The translations under genes were made by a program, and so were the position numbers. The notes beneath the pieces were generated by a model that saw nothing but the letters and a program-made list of their open reading frames with translations, did no database searches and had not been told where the DNA came from. From positions 899-64,898 of the forward strand of contig JACPZE010000003.1 in NCBI GenBank assembly GCA_016195685.1: a DNA stretch of 64,000 nucleotides, read 5' to 3'. Below, piece after piece: positions 58,423 to 64,000 of the stretch; position 1 is the first letter of the stretch, and each line of letters begins with the position of its first letter. Source of the DNA: Candidatus Gottesmanbacteria bacterium (lineage in GTDB: Bacteria; Patescibacteriota; Microgenomatia; 2-02-FULL-39-11).

Positions 58423-59037
58423 GAAAAGATATTACCAAGTGAAAATTACGAAGTCAATTACTAATCAGAAGAATTGCATTTGACAAAAAAGTTAAAAGCA
58501 GGAAAATAGAGGTGCTTATGACCGATCATAGAATTGATGCGGATAGAATCGGTGAAGTAGCAGCTAAATACCGGTCGAAATTGGATTATCATCAAAGAGA
58601 CGTTGTTCAGAGTTTCGATATTTTTGTTTACAGAAATGCTTCTAGAATAATTAATAACCCCAGAGGTGACCAATCTCCGGTAGGTTTGAATTGGGCACAT
58701 CAATCTGAAGCAAAAACGACCGCAGATACATTAAGAGCAGATTTACAAAGAGCTCGAGTTTTTAAAAAAATTCCACTAAGTGCACTAATTTATTTTACCG
58801 CCGGAGATATAATCGCATACCAACAAGAAAATATAAGAGATCCCAGAAGAAGGGAATATCCCCATGTCATTTTGCAAAGTGTTGCTTTTGATGTAGTTGG
58901 AGTAATTTTTCCTAATAATGGATTGAGAAGAGATATACCGAATTGGTAAGGTGAATCCTTATTGTATTTCTGATAGATAAAAGATCGATTTTTATCAGCA
59001 TGAGGAAATATTATCAAGTGAAAATTGTGAAGTCAAT
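58385..59037. repeat. 74-bp imperfect direct repeat (58385-58458 and 58964-59037) flanking ORF 58512-58949
   Basis: Both copies contain the promoter and first codons of the coiled-coil gene (MLTKIDLLSIRNT / MLIKIDLLSIRNT). Confidence 0.8.
58512..58949 (+). CDS. Hypothetical protein
   Basis: 145-aa ORF with GAGGTG SD. Confidence 0.55.
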   Translation: MLMTDHRIDADRIGEVAAKYRSKLDYHQRDVVQSFDIFVYRNASRIINNPRGDQSPVGLNWAHQSEAKTTADTLRADLQRARVFKKIPLSALIYFTAGDIIAYQQENIRDPRRREYPHVILQSVAFDVVGVIFPNNGLRRDIPNW

Positions 59038-59099
59038 AAGTTTGTTAGAAAAAAAGAAGAAAAATTATTTCCCACCTAATTGATAGCGAATGAAGTAGA

Positions 59100-60406
59100 C
59101 TAGTGTCCCCTATTTATCCAGTAATTTTCATCCACTTTACCGTTTGCCAAATCATTCCAATAATCTTCCCCCATTAAATTTCCGCTTCTTTCTTTCATAC
59201 GCTTTTTCATGAGGGATATTTTTGCATATAATATGCTGTCAGATTGAGCAATATTCATAATATCCTGATACTTATTCATCAACCACCATGCAACAGTTGC
59301 CTGATCTTCATCAGCATCTACAGTTCCGTACCGTTCAGCAAATCCTTGCGGTCTTGAGTTAATATCAAAATATTTCCAGGTTCTTCTATCAAAAAGATTA
59401 AAAGCTGGCAGTGGCCACTGATATTCATATAACTCTGCACCTTCCGGACCATTCAAATTTACCCATTCAGCATCCCCGATTGGAAATTTTTGCTCCCTTT
59501 TGATTGCAAGATGATTTAACTCATGATGAAAACCCCACGGCTCACCATTATCATCCAGCTCTACAAAAAATGAGTTTTCGATCGGACATGCTTCTGAACG
59601 GGAAGAACATGCCTTTCCACCCCAATCGTTACCATCTTGCTTCAATTTCTTAATTAACCTAATTTCATCTAATTTAGTGTACCTTATATATGTGGGAGGA
59701 TATTTGGCCAGTTCCTTCTTAAGGCTATAAATCGCGTTTAATTCCTCACAGGCCGTAAGTTTTTGGCCTGAAAATTTTGCCCTTTTTTCTTCATCAGTCA
59801 AATCTCCAGAATAGATATATACACCATAACGTACCTTCAATTCTGCTTTCAATTGCGCAATAGCTTTATTTTGACTTTCACCATCTGCTGGACAACCTAA
59901 ATCTGAAAATGCAGCTGTTTGAACCCCAACCGTAGAAGAATTAATACTTGCATAAGTGGGAGTAGTGGTGGTAAAACCTCGTTGCGTTCCTGTACCAGCT
60001 AATTTTTGTAACGCGTCAATTGAATCTACTATAGGTTTCGCACCAAATACATATGCGGCGGCTTGTGCGCTATTACGCAAAAATCTCGTCTAGTAATAGC
60101 ATTTCCTGTAAATTGATGATTGACTAGTATAGCATGTTCATCCGATACTGCCACCGAATGAACCGTTTCTTTTTCTGGATTACCTATCACCCTGCGAATA
60201 AACCCCCTTCTTGGCAGTTGAGATGAGGCTGTTAAGATATTCTCTTTTGGAAATACAATACTTGATTGAGCTGTTTGGGCGGGACTGACCGGAACTAAAT
60301 GTGTCTCAGGTACAGGAATTAATGCCGTTGACTTTGGATCAGCTACAACAAAATCCGGCATTCTTTTTACCGATGTAAAAGTATCCATTTCCTGTCTGAT
60401 TGACAT
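59100..60406 (-). pseudogene. Putative zinc metallopeptidase (HExxH) split by a 1-nt frameshift at 60079-60083
   Basis: Adding one T to the T5 run joins the two ORFs as ...AITRRDFLRNSA...; the downstream part has HHELNH and YG...DEDQA. Confidence 0.65.
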
Positions 60407-60489
60407 AACTATAGGATATTATAGACTAAAAACCGTGCAGGTTCAAGTTTCTATAGGGATTTAAATTATTTAGTATTCTAGAGGAATAT

Positions 60490-60948
60490 TTACTTTTCTC
60501 CAAGCTGGAAGCGGATGAAGCGAGCTACGGTGATATTTTCTCCAAGTTTACCAATCACTTGCTTTACTAATCTTTCAATTGTCAATCCCGGATCACGGAT
60601 ATATTCTTGGGCAAGAAGTGCTTTCACATCTTTCGGATTCATAGAGGCTATTTGAAGACAAAGTTCGTGGGCGAGATTTTTAAAATCATCGGTTCGGGCG
60701 ACAAAATCTGTTTCACAAAGTAGTTCTACCAATACTCCCACTTTCCCCCCGGGATGGACATAACTGTCTACAATACCAGCTTTGGTCTCTCGGCCTACTT
60801 TTTTCTCCGATTTCTCTATCCCCCATTTGGCTAAAAGTGCTTCAGCCTTTTTCTCATCTCCTTTGGTTTCTTCCAAAGCGCGCCTGCAATCCATGATACC
60901 GGCGCCTGTTTTTTCCCGGAGTTTTTTGATTTGAGCAATTGTGGACAT
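60490..60948 (-). CDS. tsf: Elongation factor Ts (short form)
   Basis: IKKLREKTGAGIMDCRRAL, ELLCETDFVA, LGENI.VARF motifs. Confidence 0.96.
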   Translation of the reverse strand: MSTIAQIKKLREKTGAGIMDCRRALEETKGDEKKAEALLAKWGIEKSEKKVGRETKAGIVDSYVHPGGKVGVLVELLCETDFVARTDDFKNLAHELCLQIASMNPKDVKALLAQEYIRDPGLTIERLVKQVIGKLGENITVARFIRFQLGEK

Positions 60949-60960
60949 AAGTTTCTAAAG

Positions 60961-61767
60961 TTACTTAAGTTTCTTAGGTTTTGATTTTTTCTGCGGTTTC
61001 TCTTCTTTCTTTGCTTCAATTTTTTCTTCTGTTTTTTTCGGTAATTCTTTCTCTTTCGGTTCTGAAGTGTCTTCTTTTTTCTCACCAAGTTTTTTGCCTT
61101 CCAGATATGCATCTGCCAAGTAATTTACGATAAATTGGATGCTTCCAACTGCATCATCGTTGGCAGGTATGGGATAGTCTACATTATTCGGATTGGTGTT
61201 AGTGTCTATAATGGCCACTATCGGAATTTTACATTTGACGGCTTCCCGAAGAGATGATATCTCCCTTTTGATATCTATGATGAATATGGCTTCTGGGACT
61301 CTGGTGAGTTCTTTTACACCGGTATATACAGACTCCAGCTTACGGAGATCTTTCTCCAATTTCACTTGTTCATGCTTGGGGAATTTTTTCCAGATACCTC
61401 CATCCAGCTCTTTCCTCATCCTGTTTGCCTTGTCTATATTTTTCTTGACTTCTTCCCAATTGGTCAGAAATCCACCAATCCAACGGTTTGTGAGATAGAA
61501 AACAACTGCTCTTTTGGCAGCATCTGAAACAATGCCCTTTGATTGCCTTTTGGTAGCTACAAAAAGAACAACTTTACCTGTCTGGCCGAGATTTTTGAGA
61601 TATTCTCCAGCATTTTTCAGCCCGTCGCGGGTCTTCACCAAATCTATGATGTGTATCCCTTCACGCTCACCAAAGATAAATTCAGCCGCTTTAGGATGCC
61701 ACCTCTCTACCTTGTGGCCAAAATGACAACCTGCTTCCAATAGATCTTTCAGTGATACGTCTTTCAT
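60961..61767 (-). CDS. rpsB: 30S ribosomal protein S2
   Basis: LLEAGCHFGH, RWIGGFLTN, IPANDDA motifs. Confidence 0.98.
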   Translation of the reverse strand: MKDVSLKDLLEAGCHFGHKVERWHPKAAEFIFGEREGIHIIDLVKTRDGLKNAGEYLKNLGQTGKVVLFVATKRQSKGIVSDAAKRAVVFYLTNRWIGGFLTNWEEVKKNIDKANRMRKELDGGIWKKFPKHEQVKLEKDLRKLESVYTGVKELTRVPEAIFIIDIKREISSLREAVKCKIPIVAIIDTNTNPNNVDYPIPANDDAVGSIQFIVNYLADAYLEGKKLGEKKEDTSEPKEKELPKKTEEKIEAKKEEKPQKKSKPKKLK

Positions 61768-61785
61768 ATTATTCTTATCTTTCTT

Positions 61786-61862
61786 TCCGGGTCCTGCCGC
61801 TTAGGTATCCCAAACTACGATACATCTTCGTTTGGGACCTCGCACCTATCGCGTCACCCGTA
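61786..61862 (-). promoter_or_regulatory. rpsB leader (S2 autoregulatory-type structure)
   Basis: GGGTGACGCG...GCGGCAGGACCC long-range stem with a TCCCAAAC/GTTTGGGA inner stem directly before rpsB. Confidence 0.5.
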
Positions 61863-61884
61863 GTTAAAATTACGGTAAATAAAT

Positions 61885-61974
61885 AAAAAACGCAAGAACA
61901 AATCTTGCGTCTGCGAAAATTTGTCTCCTTCAACCTCCATCTGAAACAAATTTTGTCAGGAGACTATTCAGATG
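61885..61974 (-). ncRNA. Candidate pseudoknot RNA followed by an intrinsic terminator
   Basis: CATCTGAA/TTCAGATG interleaved with GTCTCCT/AGGAGAC; ACGCAAGA...TCTTGCGT+T-run; TTGTCT-17-TATATT promoter upstream. Confidence 0.5.
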
Positions 61975-62038
61975 TGAGTAATACTAATAATATAACACAA
62001 TATTAAGATATAGACAATAGACGATCAAAAGCATCTAC

Positions 62039-62748
62039 TCACCACCCGCCGCTACTTCCGCCTCCTCCGGATGATCCGCCTCCGAATCCGCCAAATCCTC
62101 CGCCTCCACCCCCATCTCCTCCAAATCCTCCCCAGGTAGTGAAAAATCCTGTCGGTAATCCCTTTGCTTTCCTCACGTTGTAATTTTTCGTCAGGATCCA
62201 GTCAAAGAAAAGACCTAGCAAGCCAAAAATTACAGCACCAAAAATCAGCCCTAAGATTGAAGCAATAAATATTCCACCTATACCTCCTAATATGATTCCT
62301 AATACTCCCCCCGGCCAAATTTCTTTTGTTCTACCCAGATACCCTGCAATATAAGTTGCAAGAAAATATAAAACTACAAATCCTATTCCTATCAAACTTC
62401 CTATCGAATCTTTTGATTGGGAATTGCCCGAAGATGTTACAGGTGCTATATCCTTGTCGGAGATATATTTCTCAAGTTGCGCTACCGCAGCAGAAGTACC
62501 ACCCTCGTAGTTTTCTTTTTTAAATTCGGGGGCTATCGTATTTCTGATGATATCTCCCGCCCTTCCGTCTGTAATATATGGTTCGAGTCCGTATCCTACT
62601 TCTATCCTGACTTTTCTGTCTTCTTTGGCGATAAGTAAGAGCAGTCCATTGTCTTTTCCCTTTTTCCCTATTTTCCAATTTTCAAAAAGTTTCACTGCAA
62701 TAACAGAAAACAAATAACAGATAACAAAATGAAAAATATATTTTTCAT
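62039..62748 (-). pseudogene. TPM domain protein with N-terminal deletion and frameshift
   Basis: KLFENWKIG.K.KDNGLLLL...RIEVGYGLE..ITD and Gly-rich tail; signal peptide from ATG 62748 is out of frame and the TPM N-half is missing; lemA adjacent. Confidence 0.75.
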
Positions 62749-62769
62749 ATAATTCACTTAATTTAAAGA

Positions 62770-62877
62770 GTCTGCGGGGAGGTCATGCTTTTTGAGCACG
62801 CCCACCGTGTTTGAATCCGTCACTAGGCGGATGAGTTTGGGAGGTGCGCAAAAAAGCCATGGCCGACCTCAGCAGAC
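62770..62877. repeat. GC-rich long hairpin (REP/MITE-like)
   Basis: GTCTGC..GAGGTC.ATGC.TTTTTG.GCAC ... GTGC.CAAAAA.GCCAT..GACCTC.GCAGAC nested complementarity. Confidence 0.7.
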
Positions 62878-62882
62878 GAAAA

Positions 62883-63437
62883 TTATAACTCCACCTTCGG
62901 CGCGACTTCTGAACCAGTTGTCGCCTTGAAATATGCTCGTTCCCGAAATCCAAACATGCCGGCTACAATATTGGTCGGCACTGTCTTAATCTTGGTATCA
63001 TATATTTGCACCAACTCGTTAAATCTTCTTCTCTCGACACTGATGCGATTTTCTGTTCCTGCTATTTCATCCATCAGTTTGGATACAGTCTGGTCGGATT
63101 TTAAGTTGGGATAATTTTCCATGATCACTAGTAATCGCGACAATGCGCTATCCAGACTAGAAGCACCGGCTACTTTTTCATCAACTGTTCTTGCTCCGGC
63201 GTATTGTGTCCTGGCTTGGGCAATATCGTCAAATATGCCTTTTTCCTGCTTAAGAAAACCCTTGGTAGCATTTACCAAATTGGGTATAAGATCAAACCTC
63301 CTTTGGTATTGGGTTTCCACCTGTGCCCATTGTCCGTCTATGGCAGTATTTTGGGTCACCAATCCATTGTACGAACCAAAAAGCATGACACCGACTAGAA
63401 GAATTGCGCCAATAATGACTAATAATATTTTGTTCAT
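62883..63437 (-). CDS. lemA: LemA family protein
   Basis: YNGLV, WAQVETQYQRRFDLIPNLV, ENYPNLK, TENRI..ERRRFN motifs. Confidence 0.96.
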   Translation of the reverse strand: MNKILLVIIGAILLVGVMLFGSYNGLVTQNTAIDGQWAQVETQYQRRFDLIPNLVNATKGFLKQEKGIFDDIAQARTQYAGARTVDEKVAGASSLDSALSRLLVIMENYPNLKSDQTVSKLMDEIAGTENRISVERRRFNELVQIYDTKIKTVPTNIVAGMFGFRERAYFKATTGSEVAPKVEL

Positions 63438-63461
63438 AAACTATCACCTCCAATCACAATT

Positions 63462-64000
63462 TTAAATTTTGAATTGCAATTTTGCATTTTGCATTTTGAT
63501 TTTTGACTTTACTACATCCCAAATCTCTTTCTCCACTTCCGCTATCGATTTACTACCATCTAATACAAAATACCGATCCTTAAAATTTACAGTTAGTTTC
63601 TTATAACCTTTATATACACGATCATAGAAATCTTTTTGCTGCAAATCAAGACGGTCAATTTTCTCAGTACCATTTCGACGAGAAAATCCCAAAGCAGGCG
63701 TTACATCTAGGAAAATTGTAAGATTTGGCAAAACTTCATCTATAGCTAATTTATTTAACTGCCAAATGGTTTCCTCACTTAATCCCCTTCCATATCCCTG
63801 GTAAGCAAGCGAAGAATCGACGAAGCGATCAACGATGACAATTTTATTGTCTTTCAGGGCCGGACGTATAATTTCGCGCACTAATTGTGCACGGGCCGAA
63901 GACATAAGATATGCCTCGGTTGTCGCCGTCAGATCCACATTCTCACGTCCGTGCGTGATGTTTCGGATAAGTTCACCTATTCTTGTCCCTCCGGGTTCCC
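63462..64000 (-). CDS. tmk: Thymidylate kinase (5' end outside the window)
   Basis: EPGGT at the window edge, ARAQLV, DRFVDSSLAYQGYGR, PNLTIFLDV motifs. Confidence 0.95.
   Translation of the reverse strand, partial: EPGGTRIGELIRNITHGRENVDLTATTEAYLMSSARAQLVREIIRPALKDNKIVIVDRFVDSSLAYQGYGRGLSEETIWQLNKLAIDEVLPNLTIFLDVTPALGFSRRNGTEKIDRLDLQQKDFYDRVYKGYKKLTVNFKDRYFVLDGSKSIAEVEKEIWDVVKSKIKMQNAKLQFKI

Noticed and set aside
60490-60948. Short EF-Ts as a truncation
   Set aside because: Short EF-Ts forms are established, and both terminal motifs are present
693-63465. Many 60-170 aa ORFs antisense to or overlapping housekeeping genes
   Set aside because: Shadow frames of well-supported genes, with no motifs or initiation signals
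1-64000. CRISPR array, cas genes, rRNA, integrase, transposase or reverse transcriptase
   Set aside because: No regularly spaced repeat-spacer array and no ORF with the corresponding motifs was seen
1-64000. Genome-wide UGA=Gly recoding (code 25)
   Set aside because: Many conserved genes end at TGA with coupled ATGA overlaps (e.g. rpmE/prfA, rpsU/ybeY), and long genes contain no internal TGA

Overview
AT-rich, gene-dense bacterial chromosomal segment with the hallmarks of a Patescibacteria/CPR genome, probably Microgenomates. This placement is inferred from the short EF-Ts, N-terminally reduced RF1, archaeal-type ProRS, VirB4/TrwB-like ATPase and mostly leaderless genes. The window is mainly housekeeping (dnaB, dnaX, recR, ssb, hisS, cysS, proS, prfA, frr, tsf, rpsB/F/R/U, rpmE, ychF, ybeY, lgt, pepA, prs, ahcY, tmk), with one tRNA-Leu(CAA), two type II toxin-antitoxin pairs and a palindrome-flanked GIY-YIG gene. 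The most notable signals are outside the ORF track. (1) A classical-looking leader-peptide attenuator with three tandem Cys codons lies ahead of a PIG-L/LmbE deacetylase. (2) A T-box riboswitch with a probable ultrashort Pro-specifier Stem I precedes an ornithine cyclodeaminase-tRNA-binding protein-proS operon. (3) An Acg-nitroreductase/PaaK-like ligase/DUF2378-like module sits next to an M42 peptidase and a Lys-rich micro-ORF. Other signals are several unannotated structured RNAs or repeat elements, heptamer and palindrome insertions inside housekeeping genes, a tRNA-anchored integrase-free islet, and a recurrent CTATAG promoter motif. Several genes carry lesions (proS internal deletion, TPM deletion, 1-nt frameshifts), which may be assembly errors.
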